A stretch of 64,000 nucleotides of DNA from a bacterium (GTDB lineage: Bacteria; Actinomycetota; Acidimicrobiia; Spongiisociales; ZC4RG35): positions 4,732-68,731 of the forward strand of contig JAPPFC010000051.1 in assembly GCA_028824015.1 (NCBI GenBank). The letters are read 5' to 3'. Under the pieces are notes generated by a model that was not told the DNA's origin, made no database searches, and saw only the letters and a program-made list of their open reading frames with translations. Shown here piece after piece: positions 50,531-59,706 of the stretch. A program made the position numbers and the translations under genes. Positions within the stretch are counted from its first letter, which is position 1. Every line of letters starts with the position of its first letter.

Positions 50531-51820
50531 GTGAGCGAGATAGTCCTGGAAGGCGGTTTCCCCCTGCGGGGGTCGGTGGGAGTGCTGGGGGCCAAGAACG
50601 CCGTCCTGCAGCAGATGATCAGCACCCTGATCTGTCCCGGATGGCATCGCCTTTCCAATGTGCCCGACATCGCCGACGTGAGGGCGTTGATGGAAGTGAT
50701 GGAGCACTTGGGCGTGAGGTGTGACCTGGCCGGCAGGGAACTGGCGATGGTGGTGCCGGAACGGATGAGCGTGGAGGCTCCCCTGGAGTTGGTCCGCTCC
50801 ATGAGGGCCTCCATATTGCTGTTGGGTCCCCTGCTGACCAGGTTCGGCGAGGCGAAGGTCCCCCTGCCGGGTGGAGACGACCTGGGTGCCCGTCCGGTGG
50901 ACATGCACCTGAACGGCCTGCGGCAGATGGGGGCCGAGTTGGAGTTGGTGCACGGGGTACTGATGGGAAGGGCTCCCGGCGGGCTCACCGGAGCCGAGGT
51001 CGAACTTCCCTTCCCGAGTGTGGGCGCCACCCAGAACCTGATGATGGCTGCGGTGATGGCAAGAGGGGATTCGGCGATCATCAACGCCGCCCGCGAGCCC
51101 GAGATCGAAGACCTGGGCGTACAACTGGAGAAGATGGGCGCCCGCCTCTCCGGTGTGGGAAGCCCCATCATTCGCATCATCGGCACCAGGGATCTGCGTC
51201 CGGCGGCTCATCGGGTGATGTCCGATCGGATCGCAGCCGGGACCTATGCCATGGCGGGGGCCATCACCGGAGGCGAGGTGACCATCACCGGATGCGAGCC
51301 CGCACACCTTCGCATGGAACTCGCCAAGCTGGAGGCCGTCGGATGCGAGGTGGAGAGAGGGGAGGGGTGGTTGAGGCTCCAGGGACCGGACCGTCCCGAG
51401 GCGGTCGACTTCGCCACACTGCCCTATCCGGGGTTTCACACCGACCTCCATCCCCAGATGGTGGCGGTGTTGTCGGTGGCGAGGGGCACCTCGGTGATAA
51501 CCGAGAATCTGTACGACGGACGGTTTCGTTATGTGGGGGAACTGGCCCGGATGGGCGCCGACATCTACACCGAGTGGCAGCACGCCATCGTGCGGGGAGT
51601 AGAGAGACTGTCGGGGTGTCCGGTCATGGCAACCGACATAAGGGCCGGAGCCGCCCTGGTGATCGCGGGACTGGTGGCCGATGGCGTCACTTCCATAGCA
51701 GGGGTGGAGCACATCGACCGCGGTTATGCTGACCTGGTCAGCGATCTGAACGGAATGGGGGCCCGGATCAGGCGAGAGGACCTGAGCAACGAAGACCGCC
51801 CGCGGCTATTTGGGTGGTAA
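50531..51820 (+). CDS. murA: UDP-N-acetylglucosamine 1-carboxyvinyltransferase
   Basis: VLEGGFPLRGSVGVLGAKNAVLQ...PGGDDLGARPVDMHL...YPGFHTDLHPQM. GTG 50531 (or TTG 50525). The track ORF start at 50144 overlaps rpiB and was rejected. Confidence 0.9.
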   Translation: MSEIVLEGGFPLRGSVGVLGAKNAVLQQMISTLICPGWHRLSNVPDIADVRALMEVMEHLGVRCDLAGRELAMVVPERMSVEAPLELVRSMRASILLLGPLLTRFGEAKVPLPGGDDLGARPVDMHLNGLRQMGAELELVHGVLMGRAPGGLTGAEVELPFPSVGATQNLMMAAVMARGDSAIINAAREPEIEDLGVQLEKMGARLSGVGSPIIRIIGTRDLRPAAHRVMSDRIAAGTYAMAGAITGGEVTITGCEPAHLRMELAKLEAVGCEVERGEGWLRLQGPDRPEAVDFATLPYPGFHTDLHPQMVAVLSVARGTSVITENLYDGRFRYVGELARMGADIYTEWQHAIVRGVERLSGCPVMATDIRAGAALVIAGLVADGVTSIAGVEHIDRGYADLVSDLNGMGARIRREDLSNEDRPRLFGW

Positions 51821-51872
51821 CCGGCGGAATGATCCGTTTACGATCAGGGTTCTTAGGGTTAAGGAATAAGAG

Positions 51873-52166
51873 ATGACCGAGACAATTCTGGAACTTCCCA
51901 AGCGTCAGGCGCAGAGGCCGGACGGCCCTTCGCTGCCCGAGGTTGACTTGAAGCTGCTCGATGCGGCCCTCGACTACATTCGCCCGGCGGTGCAGGTGGA
52001 TGGCGGAGACCTCATCCTGCTGGGTGTGGAGGAGGGAGTGGTGACCATCCAGATGGTGGGAGCCTGCGGTGGGTGTCCCTTGTCGATGATGACCCTGAAG
52101 GAGGGGATCGAGAGGATCCTCAAAGCCAAGGTCCCGGGAGTCGTCACGGTCGAAGCCGTGGCCTAG
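51873..52166 (+). CDS. NifU C-terminal-domain (Nfu-type) Fe-S cluster protein
   Basis: IRPAVQVDGGDLILLGVEEGVVTIQMVGACGGCPLSMMTLKEGIE. Confidence 0.8.
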   Translation: MTETILELPKRQAQRPDGPSLPEVDLKLLDAALDYIRPAVQVDGGDLILLGVEEGVVTIQMVGACGGCPLSMMTLKEGIERILKAKVPGVVTVEAVA

Positions 52167-52178
52167 GCTCCGATTGGG

Positions 52179-52964
52179 TTGGGAGTGGGCAGCCATCGCC
52201 CGGAGCTTTCCCGTCTCCTGGACGATCTTCGCACCGGGAATCGAAGGGCGCTGGCCCGTGCGATAACCCTTGTCGAGAGCCATCTCCCCACCGACCCCAC
52301 GCTGGGGAGGCTGTGGGAGTCGGCCGGGGCGAGCGACGGCTCGGCGAGGCTGGTCGGCATCACCGGCCCCCCGGGCGCGGGGAAAAGCACCCTGGTCTCG
52401 GAATTGGTGGGTTGCATCAGGCAGACCCCTCTGACGGTGGGGGTGGTTGCGGTGGATCCGGCCAGCCCTCTGACCGGAGGCGCCATGCTGGGGGACCGGA
52501 TCCGCATGCAGCGGCATTTCACCGACCCGGGGGTGTTCATCCGGTCCATGTCAACCCGCGGTCATCTGGGAGGTCTGGCCAAGGCCACCCGCGCCGTCAC
52601 CGAGTTGATGTCCCTGGCCGGATTCGAGGTGGTGCTGGTGGAGACGGTTGGGGTGGGACAGTCGGAGGTGGAGGTGATGCGGTTGACCCCCACCGTGGTG
52701 GTGGTGGTCAATCCGGGCCTGGGAGACTCGGTGCAGGCCGACAAGGCCGGCCTGTTCGAGATAGGCGGGGTGTTCTGCGTCAACAAAGCCGATCAGGATG
52801 GGGCCGATCGGGCGGTGCGCACCCTCCGTCAGATGATCTCGCTGGGACATCGTCCCGGCCCCAGGCCGCAGGTTCTCACCACGGTCGCCACCGAGGGACG
52901 TGGCATCCCCCAACTGTGGGAGGCCATTGTCGCCCGCGGGGACCGCGCCCGCCAGATCTCCTGA
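52179..52964 (+). CDS. meaB: MeaB/ArgK-type G3E-family GTPase (short form)
   Basis: RALARAITLVES, P-loop GPPGAGKST, DPSSP-like DPASPLTGGAMLGDRIRM, ETVGVGQSE and NKAD. At 261 aa it is shorter than the usual 300 aa or more. Confidence 0.8.
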   Translation: MGVGSHRPELSRLLDDLRTGNRRALARAITLVESHLPTDPTLGRLWESAGASDGSARLVGITGPPGAGKSTLVSELVGCIRQTPLTVGVVAVDPASPLTGGAMLGDRIRMQRHFTDPGVFIRSMSTRGHLGGLAKATRAVTELMSLAGFEVVLVETVGVGQSEVEVMRLTPTVVVVVNPGLGDSVQADKAGLFEIGGVFCVNKADQDGADRAVRTLRQMISLGHRPGPRPQVLTTVATEGRGIPQLWEAIVARGDRARQIS

Positions 52965-53018
52965 GCTGTCTCCCCGTCAAACCAGCCTCACCGCCGTCCC
53001 CCCGCTGAGCCGCCCTCC

Positions 53019-54005
53019 CTACCCCCACACTGCGGCCGTCACCGCCAGCGCCAACGCGGTGGCCATCTGCAGTCGGGAGGTGGACTTGAGCACCCTGGTC
53101 AGGGCCGCTCCGCGAGCCGCGCCCAACACGGCGCGGACGGGACCGATGGCGAAGGGCGCCAACCCCAACGTTGCCAGCGTGGCCAACGGAGTAAAACCGG
53201 CGGCGGCCGAAGCGCCGACCACTCCGAAGGAAACCCACACCAATACCGCATAGAAGGTCCGCGAGCGGACCTCACCCAACATCACCGCCAGGGTGCGCTT
53301 TCCGGCCCTCGCGTCGGTCTCTATGTCTCTCAGGTTGTTGGCTACCAGGATCGCCGAGGCCAGCGTTCCCATCGGAATGGCCAGCGCCCAGGCTTCGATG
53401 GGGGCGGTGGCGTCGTGAACGAACCGGGTGCCCACGGTGGCCACCAGCCCGAAGAAGACGAAGACGAACAGTTCCCCCAATCCCCGATAGCCATAGGGCC
53501 AGGGTCCCCCGACATAGGTGAGCATGGCCAGCACCGAGAGGACCCCAACCCAGACCAGCACCCATCCGGCGATCAGGATTAGATAGAGCCCCGCCGCCAG
53601 GGCAACCGCCACCGATGCCCAGGCGGCTGTCCACATGTGACGAGACGAGATGATTCCCTCCGAGACCATCCGGCGAGGGCCTTGGCGATCCGGGGTGTCG
53701 GCGGATCGGGCCGCGTCGGAGACGTCATTCGCGAAGTTGGCGGCCACTTGAATGGCCACCCCCACGACGAACGTCATGAAGAAGGCGTCCCATCGGAACG
53801 CCCCGTCACCCACCGCCAGTCCGGTCCCCACTGTCACGGGCGCAACCGATGCCCACAGGGTGTGGGGCCGGGCAGCGGTCCTCCAGGCCTGGAGTCGGGT
53901 GAGATTGGGAGAGGAGGCGTTAATAGTGCCAGGGAAACTCGTCGAAGCGGGGAGACCGCTTTTCCAAGAAGGCGTCCCGACCCTCGGCCGCTTCGTCGGT
54001 GCCAT
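53019..54005 (-). CDS. menA: 1,4-dihydroxy-2-naphthoate polyprenyltransferase
   Basis: UbiA-family motifs AARPHTLWASVAPV, NFANDVSDA and NNLRDIETDARAGKRTLAV. The only canonical start, ATG 54005, overlaps menB by 86 nt. Confidence 0.8.
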   Translation of the reverse strand: MAPTKRPRVGTPSWKSGLPASTSFPGTINASSPNLTRLQAWRTAARPHTLWASVAPVTVGTGLAVGDGAFRWDAFFMTFVVGVAIQVAANFANDVSDAARSADTPDRQGPRRMVSEGIISSRHMWTAAWASVAVALAAGLYLILIAGWVLVWVGVLSVLAMLTYVGGPWPYGYRGLGELFVFVFFGLVATVGTRFVHDATAPIEAWALAIPMGTLASAILVANNLRDIETDARAGKRTLAVMLGEVRSRTFYAVLVWVSFGVVGASAAAGFTPLATLATLGLAPFAIGPVRAVLGAARGAALTRVLKSTSRLQMATALALAVTAAVWG

Positions 54006-54825
54006 ATCCCAGCCGGGTCGCCTCCCCGGCGAAGATCTGCTGTCCCACCAGACCGTCGTCCACCAGGTTGAAGGCGAACTTGAGCATCCGCTGGGCGGTG
54101 GGGCTCTTGGCGGTGATGGTCCGGGCCCAATCCAGGGCCACCTCTTCCAGCCGTTCGTGGGTGATCACCTCGTTCACCATCCCCATCTGCTTGGCTTCCT
54201 CTGCGCGGTAGTCCCTCCCCAGGAAGAAGAGTTCACGCGCTCTCTTCTGGCCGATCATTCTGGCCAGGTAGGCAGAACCGTATCCGGCGTCGTAGCTGGC
54301 CACATCAGGATCGGTCTGCTTGAAGATCGCATGATCGGAGCACGCCAGTGTCAGGTCGCACACCACGTGCAGGCTGTGCCCGCCTCCCACCGCCCATCCC
54401 GGCACGACCGCCATCACCACCTTGGGCATGAAGCGGATGATGCGCTGGGCCTCCAGGATGTGGAGTCTCCCCAGACGAGCGGGGTCGATAGAGGGCCCGT
54501 CGGCCCCATCGGCGTATTTGTATCCGTCTCTTCCCCTGATCCGCTGATCGCCTCCCGAGCAGAAAGCCCATCCTCCGTCGCGGGGAGAAGGACCGTTCCC
54601 GGTGAGCAGCACGCACCCCACACGGCTCCACTGCCGGGCGTGTTCGAGGGCGGTGATCAACTCATCCACGGTGTGGGGGCGGAAGGCGTTGCGCACTTCC
54701 GGGCGGTCGAAGGCTATCCGCACCGCTCCCACCTCCACGGCGCGGTGATACGTGATATCGGTGAATGAAAAACCGGGTACAATTTCCCAGGCAGAGGGGT
54801 CGAAGTGCTCCGAAACCACGTCCAT
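53920..54825 (-). CDS. menB: 1,4-dihydroxy-2-naphthoyl-CoA synthase
   Basis: FTDITYHRAVEVGAVRIAFDRPEVRNAFRP...FCSGGDQRIRG...GGGHSLHVVCDLT. Crotonase fold, MenB pattern. Confidence 0.9.
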   Translation of the reverse strand: MDVVSEHFDPSAWEIVPGFSFTDITYHRAVEVGAVRIAFDRPEVRNAFRPHTVDELITALEHARQWSRVGCVLLTGNGPSPRDGGWAFCSGGDQRIRGRDGYKYADGADGPSIDPARLGRLHILEAQRIIRFMPKVVMAVVPGWAVGGGHSLHVVCDLTLACSDHAIFKQTDPDVASYDAGYGSAYLARMIGQKRARELFFLGRDYRAEEAKQMGMVNEVITHERLEEVALDWARTITAKSPTAQRMLKFAFNLVDDGLVGQQIFAGEATRLGYGTDEAAEGRDAFLEKRSPRFDEFPWHY

Positions 54826-54890
54826 GACGAGGTTACCCCGGTTCTCGCCCTTCCATCAACCAGACAGAATGCTCCCCAGGACGGTCCTCG

Positions 54891-56105
54891 ATGCGAGTGT
54901 TGTTGGCAGACAGTTTTCCCGAGCAGTTTCTGCCCGAGATGGAGAAACTGGGTTTCGAGTGTGCTTATCGTCCCGAACTCGGCGGTGCGGAACTGGCAGG
55001 GGCCCTCGGTGGTGTGCAGGTCCTCCTGGTGCGTTCCACCCCGGTCACGGCGGAGACGATAGAAGCGGCGGATGACCTGGCATGGATCATCCGCGCCGGG
55101 GCCGGTTACAACACCATCGACTGCCAGGCGGCCTCCCGCCGGGCCATCTGGGTCTCGAACGTTCCCCGCCAAAACGCGATCGCGGTGGCGGAACTGGCCA
55201 TGGGGCTGATGCTGTCGGTCGACCGGCGAATCCCCGACAACGTCACGGCCATCCGCAAAAACGAGTGGCGAAAGCGCGAGTTTTCGGGGGCCCGCGGTCT
55301 CCATGGCAGGACCCTGGGCATAGTGGGAATGGGCCAGATCGGCTTCGAGGTGGCCAAACGCGCCCGGGCTTTCGGCTTGAAGCTGCTCACCGTAGATAAA
55401 CCCAGATCCTTCGAGGCCCTCGACCAGATGAGGAAACTGGGCGTGGGGACGGTCTCCGGACTCGAGGAACTCTTCGCTGTGTCGGACATCGTCAGCCTCC
55501 ACACCCCGTCCACCCCCGAGACCACCGGCATGGTCTCGGCCGAACTGTTGGCGCGAATGAAGCCGGGCGCCTGGCTGATCAACACCGCCCGCGCCGAACT
55601 GGTCGACGAGGAGGCCCTGCTGGATGCTGTCGATCGACAGGACCTGTGGGTGGGAATCGATGTCTTCTCCGGAGAGGCCGACGCCGCGGCGGGCACCGGT
55701 GACTCGAGGCTGGCCAGCCATCCGCGGGTGTACCTCACCCACCACATCGGCGCCTCCACCCGTCAGGCCCAGCACGCAATAGCAGCCGAAGTCGTGAGAA
55801 TGCTGGCGGACTTTGCCCAGGGCAAGGTACGCAATGTGGTCAATCTGGGTGCGCTATCCCCCGCGGGGACCTACCTGACCGTTCGTCACACCGATCGGGT
55901 GGGAGTACTCTCCGGCGTCCTGACGTCGATCAAATCATCGGGACTCAATGTGCAGCACATGACCAACCAGGTTTTCAGCGGAGCGGGCTCTGCGGTGGCG
56001 GTGGTCCAGGTGCAGGGAGAGGTCTCGGATGCCATGGTGGCCGAACTCGAGGGACTGCCTTCCATCCTGGGGGTGACCGCTTACCCGAGCGGGACACGGG
56101 AATGA
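54891..56105 (+). CDS. D-isomer-specific 2-hydroxyacid dehydrogenase with a C-terminal ACT domain (SerA-like)
   Basis: NAD motif GIVGMGQIGFEVA. Catalytic region NTARAELVDE...HIGAST. ACT-like C-terminus LTVRHTDRVGVLSGVL. Confidence 0.8.
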   Translation: MRVLLADSFPEQFLPEMEKLGFECAYRPELGGAELAGALGGVQVLLVRSTPVTAETIEAADDLAWIIRAGAGYNTIDCQAASRRAIWVSNVPRQNAIAVAELAMGLMLSVDRRIPDNVTAIRKNEWRKREFSGARGLHGRTLGIVGMGQIGFEVAKRARAFGLKLLTVDKPRSFEALDQMRKLGVGTVSGLEELFAVSDIVSLHTPSTPETTGMVSAELLARMKPGAWLINTARAELVDEEALLDAVDRQDLWVGIDVFSGEADAAAGTGDSRLASHPRVYLTHHIGASTRQAQHAIAAEVVRMLADFAQGKVRNVVNLGALSPAGTYLTVRHTDRVGVLSGVLTSIKSSGLNVQHMTNQVFSGAGSAVAVVQVQGEVSDAMVAELEGLPSILGVTAYPSGTRE

Positions 56106-57289
56106 GCGGCTGGCTGAGGCCGGCCCAGACTCGGCTGGTCTCTCCTGAGTACGCGTGGCGGGTGGTCCCGCCCGCCTACGACTTCCTGACTCCCTACGAG
56201 CGGTACCGCTGGGCTTCGGAGAACCCCGACTCGTTCTTCAACGCCTTCACCCCGGCCGACTCCTGGCCCAACAAGTCCTTCCGTCAACTGGTGTCCCAAG
56301 CCGCCGGGTACCTGGACCGTCAGATGCGAAAGGGCGTCTTCGGCCCGCCGCTGGAGGGCTTGTTCGTGTACCGGATAACCGACAGCGGGCATCAGCAGAC
56401 CGGAGTGGTGGGGGATGCGCCGGTGGCTTCCGCCCCGCAGACACTGGTGCCTCACGAGACCACTCGGAGCGACCGCGAAGAAGAACTGTACAAGTACATG
56501 GGGGAAGTGCCTTACAGCTCCAATCCCTTGGGACTGGGATACCGGTCCCGGAAGGTGATCGACGGCATGGTCGAACAGGTTTGCCACTCTGTCCCCGACG
56601 TCTCGGTGACGTTGGAGAACGGTGATCTGCACCAGATCTGGGTAGTTCCCCAAGATGTGGTTCCCCGGTTGGTGGATGAGTTCGCCAAGGTTCCCAAGGC
56701 CTACATCGTGGATGGTCACCATCGGGCGGCCGCCTCGCTCCGCCACGCCTCCCGGTACGGCGCCGACGAGGCGCATCCGGCGGGAAGGATGCTGGTGGTG
56801 GCCTTCCCCACCGACCAACTTCGCATCCATCCATATCACCGGTGGGTGAGGGCCGAATTGTCGGCCGAGCAACTGGAGGAGAATGTGGGAGCGGTCAGGG
56901 CGCCGGTGCGCCTGCCCGCCCGAGGTGAGGCGATAGCCATTACCAGGCAGGGCTGCTGGTCGATACGGTTGTACCACTGCGAGTCGTCCCACTGCGAAGA
57001 CGAAATGGACGCCGTGGCTCTCCATCGCACCGTCCTGGAACCTTTGTTGGGCGTGGCGGACGAGAGAACCGATCCACGAATGGATTTCATCCCCGACCAC
57101 GATGGCGTAAAGACGGTGGTGGACCAGGTTGCCGCGCACGGCGGAGTCGGTTTCATGCTGTCCCCGGCCACCATGGAACAGGTGATCCATGCCGCGGACA
57201 ACCGACTGCCCATCCCGCCCAAAGCGACTTTCTTCGTTCCCAAGCCCCGCTCGGGTTTCTTCCTTTCCCCCCGGCACGGAGGTTCCTAG
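56102..57289 (+). CDS. DUF1015-family protein
   Basis: PHETTRSDREEEL...YIVDGHHRAAAS...PKATFFVPKPRSGFF matches the DUF1015 pattern. The ATG overlaps the serA-like stop (ATGA). Confidence 0.8.
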   Translation: MSGWLRPAQTRLVSPEYAWRVVPPAYDFLTPYERYRWASENPDSFFNAFTPADSWPNKSFRQLVSQAAGYLDRQMRKGVFGPPLEGLFVYRITDSGHQQTGVVGDAPVASAPQTLVPHETTRSDREEELYKYMGEVPYSSNPLGLGYRSRKVIDGMVEQVCHSVPDVSVTLENGDLHQIWVVPQDVVPRLVDEFAKVPKAYIVDGHHRAAASLRHASRYGADEAHPAGRMLVVAFPTDQLRIHPYHRWVRAELSAEQLEENVGAVRAPVRLPARGEAIAITRQGCWSIRLYHCESSHCEDEMDAVALHRTVLEPLLGVADERTDPRMDFIPDHDGVKTVVDQVAAHGGVGFMLSPATMEQVIHAADNRLPIPPKATFFVPKPRSGFFLSPRHGGS

Positions 57290-57323
57290 GCACCCGCTGT
57301 CCGACGGGATGGAACCGGGTTGT

Positions 57324-58484
57324 CTACAGCCTGTCCCAGAGGCCTCCGGCGGCCAGGTCGATGGCGGTCCAGGCCATTCCCACGGCGCCGTCGAAGACGG
57401 CCCGCTTGCCTTCGGGGGTGATGGTCTGGCTGGTGAACGCCGGCTGGTGGTTCCCGACGGGAGCGCAGTTGAGCGAGAGCATGGGGTGGATGGTGGGCAC
57501 GACCTGGGAGACGTTCCCCATGTCGGTGGAGCCGGCTTCCGAGGGATTGATCTCGGCGCCTCTCTGCAGGGGCCGTCCCAGGGCAAGGGAGTTGGCGGCA
57601 TAGAGTTCGGTGAGGAGGGTGTTGCTGATCAACTCGGTGTATCCGTTACCGATCTGCTCTATCTCCGCCCGGCATCCGGTGGCAAGGGCGGCCGCTTCGA
57701 AGCAGGACCGGACCCGTTCCCTCAGCACTTCGAGTCGTTCGAAGTTCTGGGACCTGACGTACCACTTCGATCGGGTGAGGGCGGGGATGATATTGGGAGC
57801 TTTACCGCCCTCGGTGATGATCCCGTGGATCTTGTCGGTGGAGAGGATGTGCTGGCGGAGAGTGGAGATATTCACATAGGACTGAACGAATGCGTCAAGA
57901 GCGTTGATCCCCTTTTCGGGAAACGCCGAAGCGTGGGCCTCCTTTCCGTGGAAGGCCACCTCCAACTGGATGATTGCCAGGGAAGGGCCGTCCACCACGT
58001 CGCGGGGTGAGGGATGGACCATCATGGCGGCGGCTGCGTCTTCGAACGCTCCGGCATTGATCAGGTCCACCTTCCCCCCATAGATCTCTTCGGCCGGGGT
58101 GCCCAGGACGGTGAGCCGGAACCCCAGTTCCTCGGTCAGGGGTTGGAGAGCGAGGCCGGCTCCCACCGCGGCCGAGGCGATGATGTTGTGCCCGCAGGCG
58201 TGACCGATGCCGGGTAAGGCGTCATACTCGGCGCAGATCACCAACTCGGGGCCTCTTTGTCCCGATCGGGCCGCGAAGGAGGTTTCCAGACCGTACGCGG
58301 GGTATTCGACCGTGAAGCCATATCCTTCCAGCACCTGGGCGAGGCGGGCCGAGGATTGGTATTCCTCGTAGGCGGTTTCAGGGTTGTCGTGGAGCCAGAG
58401 GTTCAGTTCCTCCAGGCGGGGTTGCTGGTCGGTGACTCTCTGGCGGGTCTGTTCTTTCAGGGCGGCGTGGGCCAACTCGGACAT
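57324..58484 (-). CDS. M20-family amidohydrolase (M20D/AbgB-like)
   Basis: NPETAYEEYQSS...AEYDALPGIGHACGHN...FHGKEAHASAFPEKGINA. Confidence 0.85.
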   Translation of the reverse strand: MSELAHAALKEQTRQRVTDQQPRLEELNLWLHDNPETAYEEYQSSARLAQVLEGYGFTVEYPAYGLETSFAARSGQRGPELVICAEYDALPGIGHACGHNIIASAAVGAGLALQPLTEELGFRLTVLGTPAEEIYGGKVDLINAGAFEDAAAAMMVHPSPRDVVDGPSLAIIQLEVAFHGKEAHASAFPEKGINALDAFVQSYVNISTLRQHILSTDKIHGIITEGGKAPNIIPALTRSKWYVRSQNFERLEVLRERVRSCFEAAALATGCRAEIEQIGNGYTELISNTLLTELYAANSLALGRPLQRGAEINPSEAGSTDMGNVSQVVPTIHPMLSLNCAPVGNHQPAFTSQTITPEGKRAVFDGAVGMAWTAIDLAAGGLWDRL

Positions 58485-58611
58485 GGGACGGAGACCTCCT
58501 CCCGGGAATAAGGAGACAAGCTGGTTTGTGGAGACAATTTACCAAGCACTCCCGTTCCCTCCGGGGGCGGGAAGCCTTTCATGTAACCTCCGCGGCGGTG
58601 ACTGCGGATTA

Positions 58612-59073
58612 ATGGATATATCGGAGATAGGGTTTTCCGGGCTGAAGCCGTCGATTGACTTCGCCTTTTTGGCAGACGCCGTGCAGGTGGTGGGAGGGAA
58701 GCTGTTCGCCCTGGGAGGCGGTTGGGACCAGCTTCTGGTGGGGACTCTCCCAACCCGGCACTCCACCATGGGGATCGGCCTGAGGGTCACCTTCCCGTGG
58801 GGTTGGGACAAGTCCCCGGTGAAAGTGGGCGTGGACCTCCAGGACCAGGATGGAAGGAGCGTCATGGGGCCGAGGATGCTTCAACGAAGGATCCCCGTCA
58901 AGCAGCCTTCCAGACTCCCCCCCGGATCGGTCTTCGGATACCCGATAGCCTTCACCTTCAACTCGCTTCCCTTCCAGTCGGAGGGGGACTACTCCTTCGT
59001 CATCCATCTCGACGAGGAACCCGTTCATCGACTGCGCTTCACGGTGCGCCGGCGCCGGCGCCCCAGGGCATGA
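58612..59073 (+). CDS. Hypothetical 153-aa protein with an Arg-rich C-terminus
   Basis: Internal ATG of track ORF 58384..59073 gives MDISEIGFSGLKPSIDFAFLADAVQVVGGKLFALGGGWD...SFVIHLDEEPVHRLRFTVRRRRRPRA. Its stop overlaps the next gene's start (ATGA). Confidence 0.5.
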   Translation: MDISEIGFSGLKPSIDFAFLADAVQVVGGKLFALGGGWDQLLVGTLPTRHSTMGIGLRVTFPWGWDKSPVKVGVDLQDQDGRSVMGPRMLQRRIPVKQPSRLPPGSVFGYPIAFTFNSLPFQSEGDYSFVIHLDEEPVHRLRFTVRRRRRPRA

Positions 59074-59687
59074 CCCGGATAAAGGCGGTCCTGTTCGATC
59101 TGGGAGGAGTGATCTTCGAATCGCCCCTCCATACCATCTCCTCCTTCGAGGCCGACCGGGGTCTGTCGGCCGGGACCGTGGGACGGATCGTGACGGAGGC
59201 GGGAGCAGGGGGAGCCTGGGCCCGGCACGAACGGGGAGAGATCAGCGCCGAGACCTTCGAGCGGGGCCTGACAGAGGAGGCGCGCCGGATTGGGGTGGAT
59301 CTGGATGTGGCGGGGATGATGAGAAGGATCGAAGCCGATGTGGCGATCCGTCCCCTCATGCTGGCGGCGGTGCGCCGGTTGCGCGAGGAGGGGTTGGCGG
59401 TGGCGGCCGTCACCAACAACTGGAAGGGGTTGAACGCCCCGTCGGTGGCGGACCACTTTGACATGGTGGTCGAGTCCTACGTGGAGGGGGTTCGCAAGCC
59501 CGAGCCGGAGATCTACCGCATAACGCTCGCTCGCTTGGGCGTGGAGCCCGGCGAAGCGGTGATGCTGGACGACATTGGCGTCAACCTCAAGACCGCCCTT
59601 AAGATGGGTATGACCACGATCAAAGTGACAGATCCCATCGACGCCCTGGAAGAACTGGGCGCGTTGGTGGGTGTTTCGCTCCTCTAG
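59070..59687 (+). CDS. HAD-superfamily phosphatase (subfamily IA, epoxide-hydrolase N-terminal-domain-like)
   Basis: Motif I AVLFDLGGV, motif II VTNN, and motifs III/IV KPEPEIY...MLDDIGVNL. Confidence 0.8.
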   Translation: MTRIKAVLFDLGGVIFESPLHTISSFEADRGLSAGTVGRIVTEAGAGGAWARHERGEISAETFERGLTEEARRIGVDLDVAGMMRRIEADVAIRPLMLAAVRRLREEGLAVAAVTNNWKGLNAPSVADHFDMVVESYVEGVRKPEPEIYRITLARLGVEPGEAVMLDDIGVNLKTALKMGMTTIKVTDPIDALEELGALVGVSLL

Positions 59688-59706
59688 ACAAGGAGGCGCA
59701 GACCCG

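Noticed and set aside
56081-57601. 506-aa ORF on the minus strand
   Set aside because: It is antisense to the DUF1015 gene and crosses into the M20 gene region in the wrong frame. P/G/R-rich.
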